64,000 nt of DNA, from NCBI RefSeq assembly GCF_003991195.1, contig NZ_RCWL01000005.1, forward strand, positions 197,078 to 261,077. The letters run 5' to 3'. Below, in pieces: positions 29,899 through 39,625 of the stretch. Source of the stretch: Gynurincola endophyticus (GTDB lineage: Bacteria; Bacteroidota; Bacteroidia; Chitinophagales; Chitinophagaceae). The translations under genes were made by a program, and so were the position numbers. Each line of letters begins with the position of its first letter. The stretch's first letter is position 1. A model generated the notes under the pieces. It saw only the letters and a list, made by a program, of their open reading frames with translations. It had not been told where the DNA came from and searched no databases.

Positions 29899-30918
29899 CT
29901 ACTCTTTTCTGGTATAATTCATCACCATTTTCTGCATTCTCCTGATAATACGGTCACGCAAAAGTCGTGGAGCCATTACTTTCATCGATTCTCCAAATCC
30001 CAGAATTTCGCGTTCGAGTTCGAAGTTGGGAATAACATCTATCCTGAACCATACAGATCCGTCTTCTTCTGCTTTAATAATTTGTTGTGAATGATGTAAA
30101 GGTTTTGTTTCTACATAAGGAGCATTTTTCGCATCCACCAACAGTATCACTTTTTGCGGCCGGTCTTTTTCAGACTTGGTTACGCCAATCAGATCAGAAT
30201 AGTAACGGTCAAACGAAACACCTTTATAAGGTTTAAAATCCTTTTTAGACATTTCATGTACTTCCTGAATACGATCAAGTGCAAGTGTCAGTAAGGTTTG
30301 ATTTCGATTGTTCCGGCAAATAAGAAACCACCGGTTTCTGTATTCTTTCAGTAAATACGGGTGATAAATATCCTGTGTCGGACTTTGGCTTTTAAATGAT
30401 TTGTATTTTATCAATACCGGTATTTCTTCCCTGATGGCTTTATGCAAAACCGGAATACATTTCAACCCATGTACCAGCGGGTTTTCTTCAATCTGAATAC
30501 TGATTTTTGATTCATCCTGATAATGGGTAACGTTTGCTTCTAACCTTGCGATCAGGTCATTCATCTCTTCAAAGTAAGAAAAACCATTAAAGTATTTAAG
30601 GATGCCGATAGCGTCTTTCATTTTCTCCACATCATTGAGCGACAAGGGAGATTGTGTAATGCTATAGGCGGGGTCGCTATATTCGTAATACTTCTTGTCT
30701 TTAATAACAATTGGTGCTCCATAACCGAGATTAGCATCCCGCATAAACTGAATATCATATTGTATGGTTCTTTTGCTGATAGAGGTAATTCCCTCCCGTT
30801 CATAAAGCTCTTCTGCTACTTTATTTACCAGGTTGTCTAAAGTCCATTTGCGATTTCTTCTGCGCAGGCAATTGTCGATAATTTTATAGCGCATCAACGC
30901 TAATTTATTACTGGCCAT
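29899..30918 (-). CDS. WYL-domain transcriptional regulator (N-terminal wHTH, central WYL, C-terminal WCX-like)
   Basis: HTH MRYKIIDNCLRRR...TIQYDIQFM; WYL motif HPYLLKEYRNRWFLICRN...LALDRIQEV. Confidence 0.75.
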   Translation of the reverse strand: MASNKLALMRYKIIDNCLRRRNRKWTLDNLVNKVAEELYEREGITSISKRTIQYDIQFMRDANLGYGAPIVIKDKKYYEYSDPAYSITQSPLSLNDVEKMKDAIGILKYFNGFSYFEEMNDLIARLEANVTHYQDESKISIQIEENPLVHGLKCIPVLHKAIREEIPVLIKYKSFKSQSPTQDIYHPYLLKEYRNRWFLICRNNRNQTLLTLALDRIQEVHEMSKKDFKPYKGVSFDRYYSDLIGVTKSEKDRPQKVILLVDAKNAPYVETKPLHHSQQIIKAEEDGSVWFRIDVIPNFELEREILGFGESMKVMAPRLLRDRIIRRMQKMVMNYTRKE

Positions 30919-30949
30919 AGAGTTCTAAAGTAGTGATTATTTTATTTTC

Positions 30950-30968
30950 TGCGCAATCAATTTGCGTA
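30950..30968. promoter_or_regulatory. Near-palindromic candidate operator TGCGCAAT-caa-TTTGCGTA
   Basis: Imperfect inverted repeat in WYL/rtcB divergent intergenic region. Confidence 0.4.
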
Positions 30969-31057
30969 GAAAATGAATGAGTATAATTTTTTTAATTATA
31001 TTTTATTGATATTCACGTATATATGATTGTTCAAGTTTTTTTGTAAAAAATATCTAT

Positions 31058-31076
31058 TACGCAATCGTATTGCGTA
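31058..31076. promoter_or_regulatory. Perfect palindromic candidate operator TACGCAAT-cgt-ATTGCGTA
   Basis: 8-bp perfect arms, 3-bp spacer; same half-site as 30950-30968. Confidence 0.45.
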
Positions 31077-31204
31077 CTTGTAGATGCATTTTTGCATAGA
31101 ACAACAGCAATATACTGTTGTTTCAGGCTGATAGTTTTTCATACTGTTTTTTAAAGCAGAATAGTATTGCCCGGTTGGTTACAATATTCTATTTGAAAAG
31201 GAGG

Positions 31205-31285
31205 TCAGCTCCGGTATACGTGTTGCAGGTTCGAGTCCTGCCTCTTTGTAAAAAGAGTATCTCAATTGGTAGAGAAGTATTGATT
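31205..31285 (+). ncRNA. tRNA-like (Y-RNA/YrlA-like) non-coding element: T-arm, acceptor-like stem closed by GTAA tetraloop, U8-A9, D-arm; no anticodon arm
   Basis: gcagg-TTCGAGT-cctgc (31225-31241); ctcttt-gtaa-aaagag (31242-31257); ta; tctc-aattggta-gaga (31260-31275); gtat (31277-80) can pair with atac (31216-19). Confidence 0.35.
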
Positions 31286-31454
31286 ATCACAAACGAAAAG
31301 CTTTTTGAACCGTGCTTTGTGAATTTTATTTCACCATTGGTTCATCCTTAGCAGCAAAGAACAAATGATGAAAAGATGCGTTTCATGATTCCTTCTTTAT
31401 TCCGGAACACTGGTGAGCACCGTTTGAAAAGCTTATTTAAACAAAACTGATTTT

Positions 31455-32546
31455 ATGAAAAGAATTAAAATTAATAAACACGAGATAGGATTAGTCATTA
31501 AAGACAGGGCCTATGTTCGGATTTTAAAGGAAGGGAAATATTGGATTTTTAATGAAGAGGTATCTATTTTTAACAGATTCTCAGAATTTACTTTAGACCT
31601 TTGGATTGACCAGCTAATGCTGGTAGACGGTTTCAGGGAAGAAGTTGAAATGGTAGATGTTCCGTTGAATCATCTGGCACTGGTTTTTGTAGATCAAAAG
31701 TTAACCTATGTGTATACCGCAGGTAAACATGCGGTTTGGAAATCAAACCTGCCTGTTCGCGTTCAATATGAAAGTATTGCAGACTATCATATCGGCGAAT
31801 CAGTAGAACGTGAATTGTTAAATGTTGTGCCTCTAAAAAATTACATTCGTGAACTGGATATCGCAGCACATGAAAAAGCAGTTTTACTGGTTGACGGAAA
31901 AATGATGGGTCTGTTAGATGCCGGAATATATACCTATTGGAAAAATATCAATAAAATAGAAGTGAAGCGTGTGGATATGCGGGTTCGAAACATTGAATTG
32001 ACAGGACAAGAACTGTTAACCAAAGATAAGGCACAGATTCGCATGAACTTTGTAGCACAATATCAGGTAAGGGATGTGGAAAAGGCTTTATTGGAGAACA
32101 GCGATTACGAACGCCAGTTATATGTAATGTTACAAATTGCTTTGCGTAATTATATAGGCTTGCAAAGCCTGGATGAGTTGATGTTGAGTAAAGATCAGGT
32201 GAGCGAAGCTGTAAATGCCAGTATGGCATCAACTGGTGCAATGTTAGGCATTGAATTGTTACATTCAGGATGTAAAGATTTGATTTTACCGGGTGAAATC
32301 CGTGATATCATGAATCAGGTATTGGTAGCAGAGAAAAAAGCACAGGCAAATGTTATTACCCGCAGGGAAGAAACAGCTTCCACCCGAAGCTTACTAAATA
32401 CTGCGAAATTACTGGAAGAAAATGCGATGTTGTACAAGTTGAAAGAGTTGGAATACGTGGAGCGGATGGCAGAAAAAATTTCAGAGGTTTCGCTGAATGG
32501 AAACGGTCAGTTATTAGACCAATTAAAAACCTTATTTGTAAAATAG
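31455..32546 (+). CDS. SPFH/band-7 (slipin/stomatin-like) domain protein
   Basis: SPFH core with ...RMNFVAQYQVRDVEKAL... and C-terminal coiled coil; 3-bp gap to rtcB. Confidence 0.75.
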   Translation: MKRIKINKHEIGLVIKDRAYVRILKEGKYWIFNEEVSIFNRFSEFTLDLWIDQLMLVDGFREEVEMVDVPLNHLALVFVDQKLTYVYTAGKHAVWKSNLPVRVQYESIADYHIGESVERELLNVVPLKNYIRELDIAAHEKAVLLVDGKMMGLLDAGIYTYWKNINKIEVKRVDMRVRNIELTGQELLTKDKAQIRMNFVAQYQVRDVEKALLENSDYERQLYVMLQIALRNYIGLQSLDELMLSKDQVSEAVNASMASTGAMLGIELLHSGCKDLILPGEIRDIMNQVLVAEKKAQANVITRREETASTRSLLNTAKLLEENAMLYKLKELEYVERMAEKISEVSLNGNGQLLDQLKTLFVK

Positions 32547-32548
32547 TT

Positions 32549-33964
32549 ATGGAAAGAATAAACGGAAATGATTTGTTGAATTTGGGTTATGACGAGAATA
32601 AAATGTTAGGAATCGCCCTGCAAATCAATAAAAAAAGAACCGGCTATACACGTCAGGAAATGTTAGATCATTATAAGGCAGTGTTAGAAAATCCTGAAGT
32701 GTATAAAGAGGATAAAGTATTTAAAACCTTAGCGGTTGCATTGTTAAATAAAGAAGAGTTATTGGCTAAAACAATTCCTTTACGTGAAACAGCAGAAACC
32801 TACCGTGTATATGGTGCTGAGCAGATTGAGCAGGGAGCTATCGACCAAATGAATACTGCAATGTTACTTCCTGTAACAGTTGCCGGCGCCTTAATGCCGG
32901 ATGCTCATCAGGGGTATGGGTTGCCGATCGGAGGTGTATTAGCTACTAATAATGCAGTTATTCCTTATGGGGTGGGAGTTGATATCGGCTGCAGAATGGC
33001 CCTTTCAGTTTTTGATCTGCCTTCTGCATTGATTGAAACAAAACTTGATTGGTTAACCGACATTATTATCGATCACACTGCTTTTGGTGCCGGAAACGGA
33101 TTTAGGGGAAAAGAAAAATCTGACCACAGCGTTTTAGAGAATCCGCTTTTTGCAGAACATGCTTTTATTAAAAACCTGAAAGATAAAGCATGGACTCAAT
33201 TAGGTTCATCTGGCGGAGGAAACCACTTTGTTGAGTTTGGGATGATGCAATTTGCAGAAGATGATGAAGTGCTGGGAATTAAAAAAGGGGAATACCTTGC
33301 TTTGTTGACACACTCGGGTTCGAGAGGATTAGGAGCTACTATTGCTGATCATTATACCAGGCTGGCGAAACAAATTTGTGAATTGCCTTATAAAGCACAG
33401 AATCTTGCTTATCTGGATTTAAATTCGGAAGCCGGACAGGAATATTGGTTAGCAATGAACCTGGCAGGTGATTATGCCTCTGCAAATCATGAAATCATTC
33501 ACGCAAAAATTACAAAGGCATTAGGTGCTGAAGTATTGGCGAAGGTAGAGAACCATCATAATTTTGCCTGGAAGGAAGTACTGAACGGAGAAGAAGTAAT
33601 TGTTCACCGTAAAGGTGCTACTCCGGCCGGTAAGGGAGTGATGGGTATCATTCCTGGCTCTATGGCTACTCCGGGGTTTCTGGTAAGAGGAAGAGGAGAA
33701 CCGGAAGCCATTCATTCTGCATCACACGGTGCCGGCCGGTTAATGAGCCGCACGCAGGCAATTAAAACCTATACCAGAGGAACTTTAAATAAAATATTGA
33801 AAGAAGAAGGAATCACCCTGATCGGTTCGGGAATGGATGAAGTGCCGATGGCTTATAAAGACATACATACTGTTATGGCCGAACAAAAAGATCTGGTAGA
33901 TGTTGTGGCAACTTTCCATCCGAAGATTGTTAGAATGGCAGATGACGGAAGTAAGGAAGATTGA
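32549..33964 (+). CDS. rtcB: RNA-splicing ligase RtcB
   Basis: Conserved RtcB motifs HQGYGLPIGGV, GAGNGFRG, GGGNHF, HSGSRGLG, NHHNF, HSASHGAGR. Confidence 0.95.
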   Translation: MERINGNDLLNLGYDENKMLGIALQINKKRTGYTRQEMLDHYKAVLENPEVYKEDKVFKTLAVALLNKEELLAKTIPLRETAETYRVYGAEQIEQGAIDQMNTAMLLPVTVAGALMPDAHQGYGLPIGGVLATNNAVIPYGVGVDIGCRMALSVFDLPSALIETKLDWLTDIIIDHTAFGAGNGFRGKEKSDHSVLENPLFAEHAFIKNLKDKAWTQLGSSGGGNHFVEFGMMQFAEDDEVLGIKKGEYLALLTHSGSRGLGATIADHYTRLAKQICELPYKAQNLAYLDLNSEAGQEYWLAMNLAGDYASANHEIIHAKITKALGAEVLAKVENHHNFAWKEVLNGEEVIVHRKGATPAGKGVMGIIPGSMATPGFLVRGRGEPEAIHSASHGAGRLMSRTQAIKTYTRGTLNKILKEEGITLIGSGMDEVPMAYKDIHTVMAEQKDLVDVVATFHPKIVRMADDGSKED

Positions 33965-34040
33965 TCAATGAACTGTGAAGAATTAGAAAATATGAATTTG
34001 AGTGTATCATTCTGAAATGCTTTTTAATATGAATCAACAA

Positions 34041-34082
34041 AACCCATTAATAAATCAAGTGTTCTTAATTTATTAATGGGTT
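34041..34082. terminator. 15-bp perfect inverted repeat, bidirectional terminator between convergent rtcB and S9 peptidase
   Basis: aacccattaataaat-N12-atttattaatgggtt. Confidence 0.7.
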
Positions 34083-34131
34083 TATATTATAGCGTCTCTT
34101 ACTTTTCACTCTTCACATTCCATTCAAGAAA

Positions 34132-36657
34132 TTATCTTTTTAACGGAACTTCTCTGTTCATTTCAAGAATGTCAACGTCGTTAATTTTAGAGTCTCCTAA
34201 TAAATGTTCTGCAAAGTAATCAGCCATTTTCCAGAAGAAATATTCAGTCATGTTGCCGAAGCCGTGTGCCTGACCAGGTAATAATAAGAAATCAAAACGT
34301 TTATTGGCTTTAATCAAAGCTTCAGCCATTCTGATGGTGTTAGCAGGGTGAACATTGTTATCAACATCACCGGTTGCTAATAATAATTTACCTTTTAAGT
34401 TTTTAGCCAGCTCAGTATTTTTTTCGATTGCATAAGTAAAAGTAGTGTCGCCTTTAGCACTTACTACTTCTTTTACACCATGGTGTCTTTCACTCCACCA
34501 GCGATTATAGATATTATTTTCGTGATTACCTGCACCTGATACTGCTACTTTGTAGAAGTCAGGATAAACAAGCATTGCTGCAGTAGACATAAATCCACCA
34601 CCTGAGTGTCCGGTAATACCTACTTTGTTGATATCGATAAATGAATAACGATTGGCTAATTGTTCAACTGTTACTTTTTTATCATCCAGGCCGTAATCTC
34701 TTAAATTACCATATCCATAAGTATGATACCATTTAGAACGCGCAGGGTGTCCGCCTCTGTTACCTACAGTTACTACTACAAATCCTACTTGTGCTAAACG
34801 ATCGATACGATCCATACTACGACCAAAAGCTTTGTTTACTGACTCTGTTTGAGGGCCTGGATATACATACTCGATGATCGGATACTTTTTAGTTGAATCG
34901 AAATCAAATGGTTTGTACATTACGCCATACAAGTCTGTAACACCGTCACCGGCTTTTACTTTGAACGGTTCCGGAAATTTGTATCCTGCAGCAAAAAGAA
35001 GTGATAAATCAGCCTCTTCCAGTTTCATGATTAACTGTCCTGCTGAATTATAAAGAGCAGATGCCGGAACTGTATTTACTCTTGAATAGTTGTCAATGAA
35101 AAATTTACCGCTTTCGCTTACAGAAACCTGGTGATCAAAGTTGCCTTTATTTAACAACTTCGGTTCTCCACCTTTGTACGACAGTGAATAATGGTGTACA
35201 TAATACGGGTCTTCATTCTCTTCTTTTCCGTTTGCGGTGAAAGTGAATGTTTGTGTAGCATCATCGTGACCGGTAATTCTTTCTGTGTTATAAGAACCTC
35301 TGGTTAACTGGCCCACCAGACTTCCGTCTGCATTGTAAAGGTAATAATGTCCCCAACCGTCTCTTTGCGACCAATGGATGAATTGTTTACCATTATTGAT
35401 GAAGTAAGGTGCGTTGATATCTAAGTATACATTTGAACGCTCTTCAACCACTGTTCTTACTTTACCGTCAGTGCTGATAGCAATAATGTCAATTCTCTTT
35501 AAATCTCTGCTTGCTCTTTGTGCGTAGAATTCGTTATTTGTACCTAACCAATACCAGATAGGAATTTTTCCAACGTAAGAATCTTTTTTGAAAGGCTTAC
35601 GGAAGCTTCCGATAGTTTGGTTTTTGAAGGCACCCACATCTATTCTTTTAAAGCTATTGCCTGCTACATTATAAATATAGAATTCTATTTCAGTTGAATC
35701 AGACTCTCCCGGCATTTGATATTTGTAGGTTTCTAATGAAGGCCTTTTGCTACCTACATTATTGATTACCCATAATGGGCTCAAATGACGGCTGTCTTTT
35801 CTGGTAATGGTAAAATGTTTACCGTCAGGAGACCAGGTTACGCCGATACCTTTTCTTTTTTTGGTTTCATCTTCGGTATTGTCGCCGCCGGTAGTGATGC
35901 TGTAAGAGTCACCGCCCCATGCGTAGTTAAGAATACCGTCGGTGGTAATCTGATGTTCTATGATCGTACTGTCTTTTTCGTCTTTTAAAGCTTTTTCATA
36001 GTTTACTTTATCCATCCAATACAAATTATAATTCTTAGCGAAATATACTTTTGATGTATCCGGGTTAAAAGTTGCCCAGCTGGCGTGGCGACGATCTTTC
36101 AAAGAATCAGCAATTTCTCTGAGTTCACGTGTAGCAATATTATACTCTAAGTAGTAAGTTTTCTTTTTAATCGTATCGCTTTTGTTTTTCAGTTTTTCTA
36201 TTTCTTCTTTGGTTTTAACAGTGTCTTTGGTGCTACGCACTTCAAAACGGATGCTTTTTTCATCATCAGTAAAAGTCAACCCATTAATCTCTAAATGTTG
36301 TGCATCAAAAGGGTTTTTTACGATATTGGTGATTTTAGCAGCAAGATCGGCATTGTCGAAAAGCGATTGTTTTGTTTTCGCAGCCGGATTTACTAAATAC
36401 CAGTTTTTTCCTGCCGGTGTAGAATATACATACCAGAATTTGTCACCGTTGTTAATCCAGTTAGGAGAAACGGCAGTAGAGAAAATCAGGTTTTGCAGTT
36501 TGGTAGGGGAAAATTTAGAGGCCTGGTGGTAGTTGGCTTTTACTTCAGAGCCATTATTTTGTGCCACTAAGCCCATACTTAATAATAAGAACGTGCTTAC
36601 AAGTAGGTGCTTCATGAAAAATGATAATTTTGGTTGATGAAATCTAAAAATAGACAA
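34132..36657 (-). CDS. S9 family serine peptidase (DPP-IV/prolyl oligopeptidase-like beta-propeller + alpha/beta hydrolase)
   Basis: Signal peptide; catalytic GHSGGG nucleophile elbow; C-terminal hydrolase fold with D and H. Confidence 0.85.
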   Translation of the reverse strand: MSIFRFHQPKLSFFMKHLLVSTFLLLSMGLVAQNNGSEVKANYHQASKFSPTKLQNLIFSTAVSPNWINNGDKFWYVYSTPAGKNWYLVNPAAKTKQSLFDNADLAAKITNIVKNPFDAQHLEINGLTFTDDEKSIRFEVRSTKDTVKTKEEIEKLKNKSDTIKKKTYYLEYNIATRELREIADSLKDRRHASWATFNPDTSKVYFAKNYNLYWMDKVNYEKALKDEKDSTIIEHQITTDGILNYAWGGDSYSITTGGDNTEDETKKRKGIGVTWSPDGKHFTITRKDSRHLSPLWVINNVGSKRPSLETYKYQMPGESDSTEIEFYIYNVAGNSFKRIDVGAFKNQTIGSFRKPFKKDSYVGKIPIWYWLGTNNEFYAQRASRDLKRIDIIAISTDGKVRTVVEERSNVYLDINAPYFINNGKQFIHWSQRDGWGHYYLYNADGSLVGQLTRGSYNTERITGHDDATQTFTFTANGKEENEDPYYVHHYSLSYKGGEPKLLNKGNFDHQVSVSESGKFFIDNYSRVNTVPASALYNSAGQLIMKLEEADLSLLFAAGYKFPEPFKVKAGDGVTDLYGVMYKPFDFDSTKKYPIIEYVYPGPQTESVNKAFGRSMDRIDRLAQVGFVVVTVGNRGGHPARSKWYHTYGYGNLRDYGLDDKKVTVEQLANRYSFIDINKVGITGHSGGGFMSTAAMLVYPDFYKVAVSGAGNHENNIYNRWWSERHHGVKEVVSAKGDTTFTYAIEKNTELAKNLKGKLLLATGDVDNNVHPANTIRMAEALIKANKRFDFLLLPGQAHGFGNMTEYFFWKMADYFAEHLLGDSKINDVDILEMNREVPLKR

Positions 36658-36974
36658 AAAAGAACAATTCCTTTTACCTCTTTTACAAGCGGTATCGAAT
36701 AAAGGATACCTGAATCTGCTTATTTCCTTCTAAATATATTTTCGTGTTTCTGCTAACCGCACTAAGGCATTGAATCAGGTTGCAGACCAGCTGCAGGTAT
36801 TTTTTTCTTCATTAGCGGTAACTGGGTATTTGTGAGATGTATTCTTATCATGATCTTTTCTTCATTTTTTTGTCAGAAATCAAATCTGTGTTATCGATTA
36901 AAAACTTTTAGATACATCAATTGTTATCATATTTTAAGTGTAGGAACGCTTTATTCACTATAAATCATTAGCAT

Positions 36975-37550
36975 ATGAAGTTTAGAAGAGCTGAAATGAA
37001 AGATGCCGGAATGCTTGCAGAGTTTATGTTGCTGGCAATGAAGGATATCGTATATAAGTTTATCGGCAAAGAGGATGATAAAGAAGCACTTCGTTTTATG
37101 ACTCATTTTACTGCTCAGGAGAATAATCAATATTCTTTTAATAATTGTTGGGTAGTTGAATTGTCGGGAGATCCGGTAGCTGTTGCGAATGTGTATAATG
37201 GTGCAGACCTGATCTCACTGCGTCAGCCTGTTTTGAATTATATTGCTGCAAACTATACTGAGCTGTCTTCGCTGGAAGAGGAAACTACGGCAGGAGAGTA
37301 TTATCTTGACACGATTGCTGTTTCTCCGAAAGCACAGGGTAAAGGCGTTGGTAGCAAATTATTACAGTCATTGATCAGCCATTTTGTAGCAGAAAAGCAG
37401 GCTGTGCTCGGACTATTGGTAGACGATGACAATCCGAATGCCCGGAAACTGTATGAGAAAATGGGCTTTCAATTTGTGCAGGCTAAAAAGCTGGTCGGAA
37501 AATCATTGGCGCATCTCCAGTATCATCCTGATTATCTTGTAAAATTATAA
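36975..37550 (+). CDS. GNAT family N-acetyltransferase
   Basis: Acetyl-CoA motif QGKGVGSKLL. Confidence 0.7.
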   Translation: MKFRRAEMKDAGMLAEFMLLAMKDIVYKFIGKEDDKEALRFMTHFTAQENNQYSFNNCWVVELSGDPVAVANVYNGADLISLRQPVLNYIAANYTELSSLEEETTAGEYYLDTIAVSPKAQGKGVGSKLLQSLISHFVAEKQAVLGLLVDDDNPNARKLYEKMGFQFVQAKKLVGKSLAHLQYHPDYLVKL

Positions 37551-37553
37551 ATC

Positions 37554-37979
37554 TTGTTTATGTATAACAGAATTGCATCTTTTGCGCTGGTGGTGAAAGA
37601 TTATGATGAAGCAATCGATTTTTATGTGAATAAGCTTGGATTTGATTTGATTGAAGATACCGTGTTATCTCCTGCAAAAAGATGGGTTCAGGTAGCTCCG
37701 AAAGGTGCAAAGGAATGTACCATCTTATTAGCAAAGGCATCCTCAGAAATACAAGAGAAGTGTATCGGTCACCAAACCGGGGGAAGGGTAGGGTTTTTTA
37801 TGTTTACCGATGATTTTGATCGTGAGTATACCCGTATTACCCAAAATGGCGTTGAAATTGTTCGGCCACCGGTAACGGAAACTCATGGTAAAGTAGCCGT
37901 TTTTAAGGATTTGTACGGAAATCAATGGGATCTCATCGAACCTACAGTTGTTAATAAAGGATTATCTATAGCTCCGTGA
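37554..37979 (+). CDS. VOC (glyoxalase/bleomycin-resistance) family protein
   Basis: 141 aa; paired beta-alpha-beta-beta-beta modules typical of VOC. Confidence 0.65.
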   Translation: MFMYNRIASFALVVKDYDEAIDFYVNKLGFDLIEDTVLSPAKRWVQVAPKGAKECTILLAKASSEIQEKCIGHQTGGRVGFFMFTDDFDREYTRITQNGVEIVRPPVTETHGKVAVFKDLYGNQWDLIEPTVVNKGLSIAP

Positions 37980-38047
37980 CTTTAATTACTTCAAACGAAT
38001 ACGGCAATTAAATTATATTTGCAGGCTCCGTTAAAGGAGACAATTTT

Positions 38048-39547
38048 ATGTTGTATTCCATCTTCGATCTGAAACAAAAGATTAATTATAAAAACGAAAT
38101 TTTAGCCGGTTTAACCGTTGCAATGACAATGATTCCGGAATCATTGTCATTTGCTATTGTAGCCGGTTTACCTCCCCTCACCGGTTTGTATGCCGCATTT
38201 ATTATGGGGATTGTGACAGCCATTTTAGGGGGGCGTCCCGGTATGGTTTCCGGTGGTGCAGGTGCTACCATTGTTACTATGGTAGCTTTAATCGCCACAC
38301 ACGGTATTCAGTACTTATTTGCTGCCGTTATTTTGGCCGGCACTATTCAGATATTAGTAGGCGTGTTGAAGTGGGGAAAGTTTATCCGCCTCATTCCACA
38401 ACCAGTAATGTATGGTTTCCTGAACGGATTGGCTGTAATCATCTTTATGTCGCAGATAAGTCAGTTCAAAAATACATCCGGCGATTGGTTAACCGGAACT
38501 CCTTTGCTGATAATGGCAGGATTAACTTTGTTGACGATATTGATCGTGCACTTTTTTCCTAAAATTACTAAAGCGGTACCGGCTTCACTGGTGGCAATTC
38601 TTGTAGTGTTCGGAGTAGTAATCGGACTGGGTATTGAAACTAAAAAAGTAATCGATATTGCCGGCATCAGCGGCAGCTTACCTTCATTCAGTATTCCTTC
38701 TATTCCTTTTACATTTGAGACCTTACAAATTATTTTTCCTTACGCGTTGGTAATGGCAGGTGTGGGTTTAATTGAATCATTACTTACTTTATCAATGGTA
38801 GACGAAATCACTGAAACAAGAGGTAATACGAATCGTGAATCAGTGGCACAGGGAACAGCCAATATCTTCAATGGATTTTTCGGTGGTATGGGCGGCTGTG
38901 CAATGGTTGCACAAACTCTGGTAAACCTGAATGCCGGATCCAGGGCAAGGCTATCGGCAATCGTCGGAGCGCTTACCATTTTATTTATTATACTCGTAGG
39001 TGCACCCGTTATAGAACAAATTCCGATGGCTGCGTTAGTAGGAGTGATGATGGTGGTATCTCTCAGCACGTTTCAATGGATATCTTTCAGGATTACGAAC
39101 AAAATGCCGAAGTCGGATATTATTGTGGGTGTTACTGTAGCATTAATTACAATCGTATTACATAACCTGGCTCTCGCTGTATTGATAGGGGTGGTAATTG
39201 CTGCGCTGGTTTTTGCCTGGGACAATGCAAAAAGGATTCGTGCAAAAAAAACAATAGATGATAAAGGTCGTAAAGTGTATTCCATCTACGGACCTTTATT
39301 TTTCGGTTCAACAACAGCTTTTTTAGAAAAGTTTTCGCCCAAAGAAGACCCTGATGAAATCGTTATTGATTTTAAAGAAAGCAGGGTGGTAGATATGAGT
39401 GCACTGGATGCATTACATAAAATCACTGCAAAATATATAAAGGAAAATAAAAAAGTGACTTTAATCAATCTGAGTCGTGACTCTATGCGTCTTATTCATA
39501 CAGCCAAAGAGGTGATTCAGGTAAATATAGAAGAAATCAAATCATAA
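38048..39547 (+). CDS. SulP family anion transporter with C-terminal STAS domain
   Basis: SulP signature SLSFAIVAGLPPLTGLYAAF...GGRPGMVSGGAGAT; ~11 TM; STAS at C-terminus. Confidence 0.85.
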   Translation: MLYSIFDLKQKINYKNEILAGLTVAMTMIPESLSFAIVAGLPPLTGLYAAFIMGIVTAILGGRPGMVSGGAGATIVTMVALIATHGIQYLFAAVILAGTIQILVGVLKWGKFIRLIPQPVMYGFLNGLAVIIFMSQISQFKNTSGDWLTGTPLLIMAGLTLLTILIVHFFPKITKAVPASLVAILVVFGVVIGLGIETKKVIDIAGISGSLPSFSIPSIPFTFETLQIIFPYALVMAGVGLIESLLTLSMVDEITETRGNTNRESVAQGTANIFNGFFGGMGGCAMVAQTLVNLNAGSRARLSAIVGALTILFIILVGAPVIEQIPMAALVGVMMVVSLSTFQWISFRITNKMPKSDIIVGVTVALITIVLHNLALAVLIGVVIAALVFAWDNAKRIRAKKTIDDKGRKVYSIYGPLFFGSTTAFLEKFSPKEDPDEIVIDFKESRVVDMSALDALHKITAKYIKENKKVTLINLSRDSMRLIHTAKEVIQVNIEEIKS

Positions 39548-39625
39548 TATATGTTATTTAACGTATGCAAAATGTTTGGTTAACGGTTTCTGAGATTGAT
39601 GAAATTTAGGTAAATTGAAAATAAA

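Noticed and set aside
31225-31276. Possible canonical tRNA gene (T-arm GGTTCGAGTCC and D-arm AATTGGTAGAGA present)
   Set aside because: The elements are in permuted order (T-arm before D-arm). The acceptor-like stem is closed by a tetraloop. There is no anticodon arm and no 3-prime CCA context. It is therefore not a functional canonical tRNA, and is treated instead as a tRNA-like ncRNA candidate.
31118-31351. 77-aa ORF in the WYL-rtcB intergenic region
   Set aside because: It overlaps the tRNA-like element and the palindromes, and there is no coding signal. Spurious.
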